Shown here: positions 36,801-51,631 of the stretch, one piece after another
Layout: every line of letters starts with the position of its first letter
Numbering within the stretch: position 1 is the first letter of the stretch
Assembly (NCBI GenBank): GCA_951406725.2
Contig: OX597814.1
Coordinates: 21,452,001-21,516,000 of the forward strand
Length of the DNA stretch: 64,000 bases
Direction of reading: 5' to 3'
Source of the DNA: Octopus vulgaris
Lineage: Eukaryota
Notes under the pieces: generated by a model
What the model was told of the DNA's origin: nothing
The model's input: the letters and a program-made list of their open reading frames with translations, nothing else
Databases searched by the model: none
Made by a program: the position numbers and the translations under genes

Positions 36801-37790
36801 CTATAAAATAACCACCATAGGACTGCAAAAATATCTACTTCAGAAGGAAGGAAAACTGATACAAATAGCGGCAAAACACGACCAAAACAAAAAACTGTTC
36901 TCAGTATTTAAGGAAGCTGAACCATGATAAAACGATGGCAAGAAAAGCCCCTGCATGGCAAATACTGGACTAAACTAAATGCAAAAGAAATAGACAAATA
37001 AAAATCCCAGCAATGGTTGAGAAGCTCAGGACTCAAAGCAGAGACAGAAGGATTTTTAATTGCAGCACAAGACCAAAGCCTCCCCACCAGAAATTACCAA
37101 AAACATGTAATGAAAAGAAATATAACAAGTAACTGCAGAATATGTGGAGATGGACAAGAAACAATAAATCATATTATCTCTGGCTGCCCAGTCCTGGCTA
37201 AGAAGGAATATATTCACAGACATGACAGAGTTGGGACCTACATACACTGGAAACTATGCCAACATTATGAAATAACAACAGAAAAAGATGGTATAGGCAC
37301 AGACCAGAAAAGGTCACAGAAAACGAGAAAGCAACCATACTCTGGGATATGCCAATACACACAGATAGAGAAATTAAGGCCAATATGCCAAATATAGTTG
37401 TCAGAGATCATGAACAAAAAAATGTTTTCTAATTGATGTATCAATACCAGCGGATGACAACGTGTCTCTAAAAGAAATGGAGAAACTTTCAAAATACAAA
37501 GACCTGGAAATAGAGGTAACCAGAATGTGGAATCTAAAAACAGAAACAATTCCTATCATTAGGCATGATAAAAAAAATATTCAGACAAATACATAACAAA
37601 AACACCAGGACTTACAAACACATATAACATACAGAAAATTGCACTACTAGGCACTGCACACATCCTACGCAGAACACTTTCCATACAATAACCATCAGAG
37701 CATAAAAAAAATCACAACACATACCCAAGGCACACAGAGCTGCGCTCGGTAGTGAAGTGAAAGCACGCTATAAAAATAAAACTACTGAAT
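33827..37790 (+). mobile_element. Full-length decayed R4/Dong LINE (second family) flanked by (TAA)n on both sides
   Basis: ORF pieces 34046-37690 carry WKAPGHD, NYRPITCL, WIDYKKAFDS, FQGDTLSP, YMDDLK and CRIC..HIISGC..RHD. (TAA)n(GAA)n lies at 33730-33826 and (TAA)n at 37790-37862. Confidence 0.92.
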
Positions 37791-37806
37791 GATAATAATA
37801 ATAATG

Positions 37807-37863
<57 letters not shown>

Positions 37864-37917
37864 TTGAGTGAGAGAGCAGTGCATGTCATTTAAGTGACAA
37901 TTGGGTAAAATATAGGA

Positions 37918-38065
37918 AGTTCTGGGTTCAAATTCCACCGAAGTCAACTTAGCTTTTTATCCTTTCGGGGTCGATATAATAATTACCAGTTGAGTCTGGG
38001 GTCGATCTATTCGACTTACCCACTTCCTCGAAAATACTCACCTTGTGCCAATATTTGAAACCAGT
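37918..38065 (+). mobile_element. SINE family B fragment
   Basis: gttcaaattccaccgaagtcaacttagc..atcctttcggggtcgat..accag..ctggggtcgat..ccttgtgccaatatttgaaacc. Confidence 0.7.
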
Positions 38066-38329
38066 ATTTTAGCAACAAGTGTTCTAAGAAATACTACAAA
38101 ATATGAAGAATGTTAAACGGGGGTCCTCACAGAAATCTTGGGTGGTATAGGAAAGTTATATAAAAGCGTGGATAGAGTGGAAGGTGTTTTACAATACATA
38201 TTTGTGTGTGTGTATGTGTTTGTGTGTGTGTGTGTGTGTGCGCGCGCGCGCGTGTGTGTAATCAACTGGGTTAAAAATTATATGAAATTTGTAAATATTG
38301 CAGGAAATAGCTCAAGAAATATTGTAAAA

Positions 38330-38429
<100 letters not shown>

Positions 38430-38431
38430 GT

Positions 38432-38465
<34 letters not shown>

Positions 38466-39719
38466 ACGTAGCCATATTACGCTAGCATTATAATAATATA
38501 TTAATTTGAATAATTGTGCTTTTGATGGCTCGTCATTAAATAATCAATATATATATATATATTTATTTTATTCACAACACATCATGAATCAGAAGCACTT
38601 AAATACATTTAAGTATTAGAGATCCTGGGTTTGAAGGAAATAAAAAAAATCATTTTACTCTTTTGATGTTCTCTCTTTCCTGATTATGTTATTTGACGCT
38701 GATGATTCAAGAATTCTTGCGGAGTAATATCGTACATTTTGGGGGATAGATTATTCTGACGTAAGTACTCTGCAGATTCTTTATTCTTTGATCCTGATAA
38801 TCCAGTACTTCTTCTAAATCGTTCACGTTCCTTTTCTCTAAAATTTCTATTGCAGTATCGTTGGTTTTCCGAATAATTGTCAAGATCATTATCTTAGTGA
38901 ATTCTCCTTTACTTGAGAAGGGCTCACTTTCACAGGAGACAAAGATCCTCACTTGAGATCGGCTTTTTGCCTAATGATTCCATCTTCACGTGCGGTGTAC
39001 TCCTCATCATGTTTGTTCTTGAATACTCTTTCGTAGTCCTTTTTTATTTCAGGTTTTAAACAAGTTTGTCGGTCGCCAATTACCTTCCTTTGTTCCCCAT
39101 CTTTATAAGTGAATGAGTTTGAGCTATAGTGAACGAATGGCTTCCTGATGATATAGTTTTCGTTGTTATTGCTGTTAATGTGGATGATTCTTACATGAGT
39201 GATTCCCGCCAGGTCAACCTGGGAGTTGGGGCTCCCAGTGGGTATTACGATGTTTTTCCACGCTTTCTGATTTGTGCCCAGTGTCGCCTTAAGAACGTCG
39301 TCTTTCTGATTTGCTGCTCTTGTCTCTATGCTTTTCCTTTTAAATCTTCCGGATAGAAAACTTTAAAACTGCTGAGTGATTTTTGCTGCCGTTTTACAGG
39401 CATCTAGGCCATTTATTCTGGAAACTGAGTTTCAAGACCTTTATCTCAGCACGCTTTACAAGGCATAACATTTGCATTGTTTTCTGGTCTTGCGAAGTCA
39501 TGGAAACTTTTACGTCAGTGTGACCCCTCCCAGTCTTTACTGGTCAGTTGCCCTGGTTAGTATTCACCACAAACGTGACTACTAACCAGGAGTTGGCAAT
39601 ATCACTCATGTTTCTGACAATGGCCTTTGAGTCAGTCCTTCCCAACAAGAGTGGGACCAGCTTATAGGTAATTATGTCACATACAAATTTGGACTCGCAA
39701 ATGGCCTCGTTGTTTAAGA

Positions 39720-39930
39720 TAATGAGCTGGCAAAATTGTTAGCACGACGGACAAAGTTCTTATCGGTATTTTGTCTGTCTTTAAGTGCTCAGTTCAAATT
39801 CCACTGAGGTCGACTTTGCCTTTCATCCTTTCGGCTTCGATAAAATAAGTACGAGATGAGGATTGGGGTCGATGTTATCGAATTACGCCTTCCCTGAAAT
39901 TGTTGGCTTGGTACCAAACCTTGAAACCAT
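39720..39930 (+). mobile_element. SINE family B (tail type ..ccttgtgccaaaatttgaaacc)
   Basis: gagctggcaaaattgttagcacg..gttcaaattccactgaggtcgactttgcctttcatcctttcgg. Confidence 0.75.
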
Positions 39931-40411
39931 TATTATTACTACTACAACTACTACAACTACAACAACAGCAACTACTACTACTAATATCATTACCATAAAT
40001 TACCATCATTAATTCAATAGATTTTTTTTTATTCTGAAACAAGTCTACCCTAGCACAGTCATTACTGGTGATTGGCATCATAAAATTTACGTAACAAAAT
40101 TATATCCAAACACCACCGTTTATGTAGAAAATGATAAAGTAAATCGAAATGATAAGGGAAAAAAGATATTGCAAATTACTTGTTCTTAGGAGAACCTAGC
40201 AGAGGGAAGATAAAGAGGTTGAGATGGTAATATGATAATTAAATGAAAATACTTCTTTTCAATAGGGAAGTAAGTGTAAAATTACAACTCTGGTAAAAAA
40301 AAAATACAAAGCGAGATGAAAAAATAAGTATAATATGCTACTAGGTGTTCAAACATTGGAATTTAAATATAAGGAAGGAATTTTAATTTCGGGATATATC
40401 TTATATAAATG

Positions 40412-40453
<42 letters not shown>

Positions 40454-40527
40454 TGTATGAATAGTATACATACACAGATGCATACATACATACATACATA
40501 CATACACACGTGTGTATGAGCGTGATG

Positions 40528-40576
<49 letters not shown>

Positions 40577-41599
40577 TAAATAATAGACAAGTGAGGCTTA
40601 TGGAATGGGGTACAGATTATAGTTGTTTTATATTTTATTCTCTTCTTCAATATTCTGATTTTAGATCAACCATTTTCAGTTGACAAGAGACATTTTTTGA
40701 GCAATAAAAATTGCGAAAATAGGATTTACACAATTACCTTAATATATGAACCAATTCAGTAAGAAAGTGTCTTAGTGCTAAAGATTTTTTAGTCATAAGA
40801 TTTTGGGTTCGATAACATTGAGACGCATGTTGGTCTAATGTCTCCTACGAAATGCCCGAATCAGTCCAAGTCTTATGGGAAAACTGCGTAGATGGAAGCT
40901 ACGTGGAAAGTCGGTGGATGAAGTTTACTTGTAATACGAATAGCATAGTTTCTTATTGAGTCTATTTAAGGATCACATTAAGAGTACAAGAGAACAACCA
41001 TTCATATTATATTGTTAAGAGGAGATGGATCTGTTGATAAAACATTTGGCACCCTCGTATGCCGAACCTGGCACAAATTACTTTCTTTGTATTATACGAA
41101 TGTATTCACCAAAATTCGAAAAAGTTACTTGTATATTTGTCGAGAATATGTCACATGGTTTATTTTAACACTGGTCTGGAATTCTGTAACGCATTTATAT
41201 CTGTTTTACCTTTCTTCGGTAATGCCATTGAGTGTTCCAAGTTTTTTTAGCATTAGACACTTTCATCAAACTGAGTAACTCGGAAATGATCAGGCACCAA
41301 CTTGTAATCCAGCGACTCTCTTAATCCAAATACACCTGGCACCCTTCTCTGCGTCGCAGACTGAATTGCTCTTTTGTTTGTTGTGAAATGCAATCGGCTG
41401 AAGGTACAGGAGATCCTCCATCAACAAGTCAATGGAGCTGTGTAAACAAAAAGAAACCAAATAAATTGTGGTTGGATAGATTGTTGATAAATCTAAGTTT
41501 TGAATCTTATCGAGCTTGCTAAGCCCAGATTCAGTATCGTTCGTGGTCTTTGAATGATTGTAAAATCTTTTAGAGTGAATCGAAGAGCTTCCCCAGACT

Positions 41600-41940
41600 T
41601 TTCTTTAGGTGCTCCATAGTAGAATAATGGCAATTCTGAATTGTGAGAAACAAAATTTATCGATCATCTTCCACTTCTGCAACAGAGACCCACAACCGAC
41701 AGGTTTGAAAAACATCCTTGCCAAGTGCAAAGATTCTGTAGTCGTTGTAAAATCCATCTGCTTCCATTCTGTTGTGATGGAAAGGTTATCCATAAATGCT
41801 CTTACTGAAGATTGTTTTACGCTAGACTTGGAGTAGGGGCCACTACCTTCCAACTTGGCAAATTTGATTGTCATGTTTATGACAAGTTCAAAAAATAATA
41901 ACTGAAACGAAAATTGTCTCCTTTCCAAGCCGATACCAGT
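41600..41940 (-). pseudogene. HERO-like RLE LINE RT fragment
   Basis: GPYSKSSVKQSSVRAFMDNLSITT..ARMFFKP..KMIDKFCF resembles the HERO RT region (xxIRAFMDDLTxTT..WARMxFKP). Confidence 0.6.
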
Positions 41941-41999
41941 ATGAACATACATACATACATACATACATACATACATACATACATACATACATACATACA

Positions 42000-42027
<28 letters not shown>

Positions 42028-42030
<3 letters not shown>

Positions 42031-42606
42031 GATGTGAAAACTCGGAAGATACTAACAAGCACACATAATTTCCACATCAACAGTAACGTAGGCCGCCTCT
42101 ACCTAAAACGAAAGCAAAGCGACAGAGGCTTAATATCGACCCACAATGCCTCTGAATGTTGTATCATATCCCTTCCGTAACATATTTTAACCATCAAGTG
42201 TTGAAGTGCATCCCTTGACCAAGTTTGCATGCGTGAGGCTGATAAGATAATAAAACTTGGAAGGTAGCTCCTTGAGCAGCATTCCTTGCCTGATAACCTT
42301 AAATACATGCCCGAAGAAGTAGCACGACTCTATCGCAACGTATCATAAGGTGAAAGGGTGAGCCTATATGAGCAGAAGACCATGTATGGATATGTTAGTA
42401 GAAAGCTCAGAGATGATAGTAACATTGATTGTTAAAGCAGTCTATCATGGACCAGCAACCTCCCATTTTGAAGGATATGTGCTTGCAATCCAGGAACAGG
42501 AAATATCAACCAAATACCTGAATTTCAAAAGGAACAGAGATGTAGGAAAAGCAGTAAGTTGTAACAACAGATGCCGACTTTACGGAGTTAACAGCGAAGA
42601 TATCTG
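42028..42606 (+). pseudogene. R4/Dong-like fragment after (CATA)n
   Basis: DVKTRKILTSTHNFHINSNVGRLYLKRKQSDRGL and FEGYVLAIQEQEISTKY..CRL. Confidence 0.75.
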
Positions 42607-43399
42607 AATAATGACATACATACATATTTGTGTATATGTGTGCATATATGCTTGTACGCATGAGCATACAAGTAGCAGGCACATACATATCTCAATGAGT
42701 AAAAGAAAACGGAGAGAGATGGAAAGAAAGAAAGAAAGAAATAAAGAAAGAAAGAAAGGGGAAGAGAGAGGGTATTAGAAAGTAGGTAACTTTGAAGGGA
42801 AGAAGAGAAAATATATATAATTGAATGACATTCAAATAGATATAAATCTTTCATTAAATCACTCTAGACAAATATCAGATGGGGATAGGAATAGGTGTAC
42901 TGTGGTGATAAGAGCTTCTTTTTTTATGTCCTGACGGACTTAGTAGAACAAATTAAAACACTAGTTTTCGTGCCGATATTACAAATTGGAAGACATTGTT
43001 AATGATGTTGGCTGAATACCATCAAAATGGCAGACAAATTAAATAGATAATAAGCTGCCAGCTGACTTAATAGTTTTCGTTAAGAAAGAGTTTGTAAGTA
43101 GTCTAATGATATTATGTATAATAATTTCTTTTTGACTAGACAGATGGCCAACCTTTTCGTGAGAGATTGGAATATATAACTAATATTGACAGCAGTCGCA
43201 AGAAAGACTGTCCAATAAATATGTCCAAAGAGAAGCATAAGGTTTAACATGAAGTGACCAGTCGGACTTCGTAAGTCAAAAAAGCTGTTATGCAAATCAA
43301 CTTCATTCACTTGTTTAGAATATACGGATTTTCTAACAAGACAACCAACCGTATGTCGTTTGATTGTCTTAGAATTGAGGAGAGAAAGGAAAGAAAGTA

Positions 43400-44640
43400 G
43401 ACAGCAATGGAATAGAACTTCCGATAAGTATATTGGAGAGTGAAGAGAGAATTATGCATGTATGTTGGTATTTTATTGTTAAACCAGATAATAACCACAG
43501 AGATGGGCAATAAAATCACGCCAGAGAACATTAGAAGAATGAAGAAGCTGTGTAATTCCAAGCTGAATAGAGGCAATCTGGTCAGTGACATTAACGCCGA
43601 AATTTGTGGAGCAAACAAAAAATATACAGGTCAAAATGGACATAAGTAGCAGAGAGATAATAGTCATGCACGGATACGTTCATACTAGAGGTAATGTAGC
43701 ACGACTTTATCTACCAAGGAAGAAAGGTGGGGAAGGATTGAGTGGAATAGAAGAGAGTGTTCGAAAGGTGCGAAAATCAACGTATGCCTGTCTTAGACAG
43801 AGAATACTGAATGGATGTTGCAGGTCTCACTGACTGAGAAGGAAATTAGTGAAAGTAAAGGCGTACAAAGAGAGGACTTCTGAAGAAAAGATTAACATCT
43901 GGAAAGAGAAAGTCACAGCCGGAAAGCTTGTCCAACAAATATTAGTTGTAGCAGATGAACGATCCTGGAGATTGTTAAGACATGATTTTTTTTTTAATTG
44001 GAGGTAGATGGCTTGATCCTTGCTACCTAAGTAGAAACTTTGCGAACAAACGCAATCAAGTTAGCATTGACAAGACAGCAGAAACATTTCTGTGTAGATT
44101 GTATGGAAACTCATTTGAATCAGTTACGCAGATAGTTAGTGGATATCCTAAACTGGGCCAGAAGGTGTACAGAAAACATCATGATTAAGTTGCACAAAGT
44201 GTACAGATGGGGATGTGCAGGAGGTATGGGATAGAGCGTACCGACAAGTGGTATGTACACCAGTCCTTGCCAATTGTAGAGTTGACCACTTGGAATTCAG
44301 CTGGTACATGACAATCTACACAGATAAACAGCAGAAGTATAATCGACTAGATATCATTCTCGTAAATAAAGAGACCAAAGAATGGATCTTCATTGATATA
44401 ATTTTACCGGCAGATGAGAATATTCGGAAGACAGAGAATGAAAAAGCCTTTGAAGTGAAGCGTATTCCTAAAGCTTTAAAAGTGAATGTGATACCGATTG
44501 TGACTGGAACCATGCCAAAGAAAACTAAACCTGGTATGAGAAGTTGGAACTACGGGTCATCACTCGATGTACACAATTGATAGCCATACTTGGAACAGCG
44601 TATGTGTTGGGGTAAATGTTCGTCTCTAAGCTACAGAAAG
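43400..44640 (+). pseudogene. Highly decayed R4/Dong-like 3' half
   Basis: YVGIL..SKLNRGNL; HTRGNVARLYLPRKKGGEGL; ESVTQIVSGYPKL..KHHD; NRLDII..IDIILPAD..VIPIVTG. Confidence 0.75.
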
Positions 44641-45099
44641 GAACTTAAACATGACATAGATAATGAAAAACATCAAGATTAGAGAGAATCACTATAATAA
44701 TAGCAACATAAGCAATGAAAATAGTAACAATAGGAAATATGAAGTCTTAATAGAAAGAATAGTAACAGTAATAAAAACAATATAAATAAAATATTCGTTG
44801 TAATAAATCAACAAAATAGAGAAGAGTACAAACAATAATAAAATATTACGTTAACTTCCTTAGACCAAGTTGACTAATTGTGCCAGTAGGGATTGGCACA
44901 GTTGTACTCACTCCATTGAATTGAACACACTCTTTACTTATGCAAGATGGGTCAAAAGTCACGTATGAAAACATTTGACATTTTATTTATATTACGTTAT
45001 TGTTGTTACATTACGTTATTGTTATTCTTATTGTCATTATTGTTATTATTTTGGTTTGCCTCAGGTTCGGTCTTATTCTTGGTAGGATTTATATGGGTA

Positions 45100-45440
45100 G
45101 CGGGTTACCTTAGGTATCCACAAGTTTCAGCAGTCTTTCAATTGCTTAGAACCCTCCAGATAATCCGTGCTGCCCCTAAGAGAAAGCTTTCTGTAGGGGC
45201 TCTACCGGGCATTCTATTTCAGCCTCTTTCAGCCATTTGTCTATATTGTTCCCAACGCACCAATTATTATAGACACTAACTATACTGTTCTCATGCTCCA
45301 AATTCTTCCTATTTCAAATTTTAAAGGATTGTATTTTTTGTTTTTCTTCTTTTTCTTTACTATCCTGGAATCAAATGGGCATGATGGTCGATAAGTAAGC
45401 AACTTCGCTTTTCCTTATCTATAATTATGCCTTGCTTTTC
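45100..45440 (-). pseudogene. Dong-like RLE 3'-end fragment abutting (TAA)n
   Basis: Similar to 6311-6650. IIDKEKRSCLLID; tract at 45460-45597. Confidence 0.75.
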
Positions 45441-45506
45441 TTGATCTATAATTATGCCATCATCATTATCATCATCATTATCATCATTATTATTATTATT
45501 ATTATA

Positions 45507-45597
<91 letters not shown>

Positions 45598-45600
<3 letters not shown>

Positions 45601-46256
45601 GCTTGACTCTTGCTTTGTATTTGTGCAAGTTGGCTCCAAGTCCCACCCAGAGACCTCAAGAAACAACAAGTTAGAAGTTCATGTTGGTGTTATGCCTAGG
45701 GTGTCACATATTTGGTTTTGTACATTGTGTTGTTCTAGAGAATGTTTTAGAAAACTTAAGGAAATTATGTTTGTTTTAAATTTTGAGATTACATAGGCAG
45801 TATTTTACGTAGGATATGGGAAGTTCTCATGAGTACTATCTTTTGAATTTCTGCCATTTTGGAGTTTCCTGGTATCTGCGCCAGGTAGCAATCAGCCCCT
45901 TTTGCTATCATTCCTAGGACACCCATGACATTAGATGTTGTTTTAGTGTTCAGGTTCCACATTTTGCCAATTTTTATTTCAAGATCTTTATACTTGCTCA
46001 GTTTTTGTTAGGTCTTGACAGATACATTTATGTCGATTGGGACAGTCATATTTATGATTTTATCTGAAGTGTTTCAATGAATGACATATTTGCATCTATC
46101 TTTCTGTCAGTTTGAATGGTGAAGTTCTAGAGGAGTGAGATGAGATCCTTTTCAAACACTGAAGGTGGTTTGTATTTCCACCAGTTTTTATCATGTGACA
46201 GGCCCAAGTTTTTGCGAATTATTCAGTGAATATAATGTGCTGCTCTATCATGCCTC
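45598..46256 (-). mobile_element. 5'-truncated copy of the 158-4340 Dong family, flanked by (TAA)n on both sides
   Basis: Collinear with 158-875 (ttgtgcaagttggctccaagtcccacccagagacctcaag..gagattacatag..gctctatcatgcct). Confidence 0.9.
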
Positions 46257-46322
<66 letters not shown>

Positions 46323-46379
46323 GAAAACTCACAGCTTATTTTGATGGGTATTATGGAAAGTGTCAGCTCAGACTAAGGT

Positions 46380-46586
46380 GACACTTGTTTACTAGTCATG
46401 CTTCAAGAACATTGCGAAGGATTCTTGCAATTCCAAGCAATGCTGATTTTTGTAGTTGTTCTACCTTCACATTTGCACCAATCTTTTTCAGCCATGTTCG
46501 TAGTTCAGAGTTGATACTTCCAAGTGTACCAATTACTATTGGTATCCCGTCTTCTCTCTTCATTGACCATAACATTCGTATTTCTC
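46380..46586 (-). pseudogene. Short Dong-like RLE C-terminal fragment between (TAA)n tracts
   Basis: Encodes ..GNLK.EIRMLWSM..PIVIGTLG..VEQLQKSALLGIARILRNVL. Confidence 0.7.
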
Positions 46587-46605
46587 ACTTCAAATTGCCA
46601 TAGTC

Positions 46606-46660
<55 letters not shown>

Positions 46661-46686
46661 ATTATTATTATTATTATTATTATTAC

Positions 46687-46774
<88 letters not shown>

Positions 46775-47656
46775 ATTATTATCATTATTATTCATGTACA
46801 AATACGCATATATTCATCATTATTTTATTTATTTCATTCAATTTCAGAAAATTTGAAGCAATTCTTTGAAAATTCAGGAATGTATTGAACCTATTTTGGG
46901 CGTGACTTTTGACCTGTTCTGTGTATATTTCTTTTATTTAATTGCGGAGAGAAAGAAGTTAATTTTGGTTGAACTTGGGAAATAGAAATGCTTGCAAGAT
47001 ATCAATCATTGCATGGTTATTAAAGTTTCACAAGGCCCATATCTAACTCCATTTTCTGCAGACAAATGCCTTCTGTGTAGAATGTTACCCTATCGCGGGA
47101 CCTACTCTTAGAAATTTCTGCTATTTATTTTCCAGATAAGGGATATAAATCATGAAATGCGAGGTAGAAGAGTTACATAACGTATTTCATGATGTTCGCT
47201 AAGAATTATGAGATACATTATAAAATGTAGCTGAAAGAAATATGCTAAATCAAAGTTTTGGTAATAGTACGCAGGCAATAGTAACATGAAAAATGAATGC
47301 TTATAATAGTAAAGTTTTATGACTTTTGCAGAATTGTACAAAATAGCAGTGTGATGAGCAGACTAGCCTTCAGCTTTCAGTTCAGAAAATACTTAATCAT
47401 GATCAGCTGCTGAATGTCTACAAATCAAAAATAAGATATCCACAATAGGATACTGCAACCACATTTGAAGTGGTGCTTCATCATCCTATACAACAACCGA
47501 AAGATTACTATTTGTCTGATTGGCAAGGTAGCACTCACCAGCATACTGGTACATTTGACTCACAAATGTACTGTCTTCTCACTGCCTATTCTGACCATCT
47601 GAGCTGAAATTGTAAAGGGATATAACTAAATATAGGATCAAATTATTTTAATTTTA

Positions 47657-47837
47657 GGCATAGGAGTGGCTGTGTGGTATGTAGCTTGCTTACGAACCAC
47701 ATGGTTCCGGGTTCAGTTCCACTGCGTGGCACCTCGGGCAAGTGACTTCTACTATAGCCTCGGGCCGACCAAAGCCTTGTGAGTGGATTTGGTACACGGA
47801 AACTGAAAGAAGCCCGTCGTATATATGTATATATATT

Positions 47838-47870
<33 letters not shown>

Positions 47871-48085
47871 TTGTGTGTCTGTGTTTGTCCCCCCCCCCAA
47901 CATCGCATGATAACCGATGCTGGTATTTTTACGTCCCCGTAACTTAGCGGTTCGGCAAAAGAGGCCGATGGAATAAGTACTAGGCTTACAAAGAATAAGT
48001 CATGTGGTCGATTTGCTGGACTAAATGCGGTGCTCCAGCATGACCACAGTCAAATGGCTGAAATAAGTAAAGAGTAAAAGAGTAA
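47657..48085 (+). mobile_element. SINE family A
   Basis: Full-length match to the other copies. Confidence 0.9.
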
Positions 48086-48599
48086 ACAGTAACATAATCG
48101 ATCATATGTCACTCTCCAACGAAAAGAATATAATCTTACCCCAGTTTAGTTCCATATCTTTACAATTTAAGTTCAAATCTCGCAAAGACTAATTTCGTCT
48201 TGTATTCTTCTTGGCTCGTTAAAATAAGTTCCGATCGAATACTAGGTTGATGTAGTTAATTGCAATCCAATGACCTCGAGGAGTGTGACACTGTTATTAT
48301 TGTAGTTGTTGCTTTTGTTACTGGAATTGATATGTTAATGGCTATAGTGTGCGTTAATTTCTTTGAAACCGAGTATGGTTCCCGAAACTAGGTTTATCCT
48401 TTTAACTATACAACATTATGAGATTTTCAAGCAAATCTTCTGGGATTTTTCAATTCAAATAGATCAGGTGCTAGAGCACAACAGTCCGGAGCTAGTGGTG
48501 TACTTAGCTGTGTCGCATCTGCAAGAGAGCGGATGAAACCATTGCCCGTATCATGAACGAATTTCCTAGACTTTTCCAAAACAACTACAAGCTGTGGTG

Positions 48600-49158
48600 A
48601 CACGACCAGGTGACGAAAGTGCTACAGGGGAAATTATGCGAAAAGTGGGGGCTAGAGAGAGGCAAGATGTGGTATGAGCAGAGACTGCAGAGAGTGGCAG
48701 AGTCGGAGACTAGTAAAATTCTCTGGGATTTCCCAATCCAAGCAGATCAGGTGCTTGAGCATAACAGACCGGACCTAGTGGTGGTTGACAAGGTGCACCA
48801 CATATGCTATATAGTTGATGCTGCATGCCCTTTTGACCCACGAATAGTCAAGAAGGAAGGCGTAAAGATAGATAGATACAACCCTCTTAAGTACGAAATA
48901 GCCCGGCTATGGAAAATGAAGAAGGTGAAGATAGTGCCAATTATTGTTGGGTCCGTGGGAACAGTATCAGAAAGCATCAAGAGGAATATAAAGAAAATTG
49001 GAATAGAGTGCCTAGTAGAACTGTTACAAAAGTTTTGGCACAGCCAGGATAAGCAAGCAAGTATTAGATAGCTGAAATGAATGACTAGCATGGTTCAGTA
49101 GGCAGCAGGTTGTAAGTCCGCTACGCATCCGAGACTCCAGCAAACCTGTGATTAAGAG
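48600..49158 (+). pseudogene. Dong-like RLE 3' fragment ending at (TAA)n
   Basis: KILWDFPIQADQVLEHNRPDLVVVDK..VDAACPFD..KIDRYNPLKYEIARLW..VPIIVG. Confidence 0.85.
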
Positions 49159-49237
<79 letters not shown>

Positions 49238-49259
49238 AAATATGAAATACAAAGTGAGT

Positions 49260-50055
49260 TTGAAATACAAAGACAGCATCTGAAATACGAAGAGAGCATG
49301 TCAGACAAATCGAAGAGAAATGCTGCATGACCAATTTTGGAGAGCCACTGAAAACTTATTTGGAACAAAATCCTGGCCTTTTTTAAAAAAAAAGTGGCAA
49401 TTAAAAAAAAAACATAGAGTTTATTTGTAGCTGCCTAAGTTCAAGCGATAAAAACAAACAACTTGAGAAAAATATATAAGGAGAGAATGTGTCAGAAAAA
49501 TGTAGAGCCTGTGGAACTTGGAACGAGACAGTGGCACACATTGTGGGAGAATGCCCCAATTTGGCGCAAGGGAACTATTAGAAATGAAAGCGCGACACTG
49601 ATAACTGTGCCAGAACTGGGGATTTGAAGCTGGAAATATGGTACAATCATCTAGTCGAAAGAGAACTGGAGTCGGAGAAATGAAAGATTTTGAGGGACAT
49701 TCCTGTTCAAATGGACAAAAGGGTAGAAAATAATAGACCAGACATGAAAATTATAAAGAAAAGCGAAGGTGCTTACTTATCGACCCATCATGCCCGTTTG
49801 ATTCCAGGATAGTAAAGAAAGAAGATAAACAAAAGAAATACAATCCCTTAAAATTTGAAATAGGAAGAATTTGGAGCATGCTAACAGTAAAAAACATGCC
49901 TATAATAATTGGTGCGTTGGGAACAGTAAGCAAAGATATAGACAAATGGCTGAAGTAGATTGGAATAGAATGCCCAATAGAGCTCCTACAGGTTTGTCTC
50001 TTAGGGGCAGCCAGGATTATCAGGAAAATTTTAAACACTTGAAAGACTGCTGAAC
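49260..50055 (+). pseudogene. Decayed Dong-like 3' fragment
   Basis: CRACGTWNETVAHIVGECPNLAQ; NRPD; YNPLKFEIGRIWSM; ELLQ..LLGAARIIRKIL. Confidence 0.75.
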
Positions 50056-50065
50056 ATCTGTGGAT

Positions 50066-50214
50066 AGGCGCAGGAGTGGCTGTAACCAACCACATGGTTC
50101 CGGGTTCAGTCCCACTGCGTGGCATCTTGGGCAAGTGTCTTCTGCTATAGCCCCGGGCCGACCAATGCCTTGTGAGTGGATTTGGTAGACAGAAACTGAA
50201 AGAAGCCTGTCGTA

Positions 50215-50288
<74 letters not shown>

Positions 50289-50482
50289 TGTTTGTCCCCC
50301 TAGCATTGCTTGACAATCGATGCTGGTGTGTTTACGTCCCCGTCACTTAGCGGTTCGGCAAATTAGACCGATAGAATAAGTACTGGGCTTACAAAAGAAT
50401 AAGTCCCGGGGTCGATTTGCTCGACTAAAGGCGGTGCTCCAGCATGGCCGCAGTCAAATGACTGAAACAAGTAAAAGAGTAA
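50066..50482 (+). mobile_element. SINE family A
   Basis: Match to the other copies, with a small deletion in the head. Confidence 0.9.
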
Positions 50483-51008
50483 CCCGCTAACCACATAATT
50501 TCTACCAGGAATAGGACTGAGCCTGAGACAAGCCAAAATAATGATAATAGTAATATTAAAGTAACACGCTATCCACATATATTTCGTAGCAGGAATAAGA
50601 CCCAACCTGAGTTAAAGCAAAATAATCATAAGAAGAAGAAATTGTGACAACAATAACAACAGTAGCAACAACATCAATTCGTCTAGAATGAAAATAATAG
50701 AGGCTATTGCTGCCAATCTCTAAGAAATGCTTTTACGTCTCAGGATCCATATTATTGAAACATAAAAAAATTTGCTCATGAAAATGAAAAATAAAAATAT
50801 ATTTAATGGATAGGTCTGAAGTGGTGCCTTAGCACAACAATGCCAGTAATCTTTTTTATTGCAAATTGATATGAACGTCTGTGTGTGAGAGAGAGAGAGA
50901 GAGTGTGTATGTAAACACACACATATATATATATATATATGTATATATGCATGTATGCATGTATTTGCATCTGTGTGTGTATATATATATTTATATATAT
51001 ACACACAC

Positions 51009-51095
<87 letters not shown>

Positions 51096-51321
51096 AATAT
51101 CTGTGTAACTCCCGCTGCATCTCTCTTTCTCTGTAAATGCCTGTACATTCATATACGGGTATACACATATACACATACATCTTATGACATTATGTACGCG
51201 CGTGTGTGTGTGCGTGTCTGTGTGTATGCGTGTGTGTGTGCCCAAGATAAGTATGGCCCGAGTTTGTAAAGCATAAGCATTATGGGTATGGGATATTGAT
51301 GCACATATGTACCTTCTTTCT

Positions 51322-51548
51322 TTCTTTTATTCTTTTACTCGTTTCAGTCATTTGACTGCGGCCATGCTGGAGCACCGCCTTTTTAATCGAGCAACTCGAC
51401 CCCGAGACTTAGTCTTTGGTAAGCCCAGTACTTATTCTATCGGTCTCTTTTGCCGAACCGCTAAGTAACGGGGACATAAACTCACTAGCATCGGTTGTCA
51501 AGCAATGCTAGGGGGACAAACACAGACACACAAACACACACACACACA

Positions 51549-51631
<83 letters not shown>

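Noticed and set aside
38700-39700. Possible 5' region of another RLE LINE on the minus strand
   Set aside because: Composition is suggestive, but no diagnostic motif could be read with confidence.
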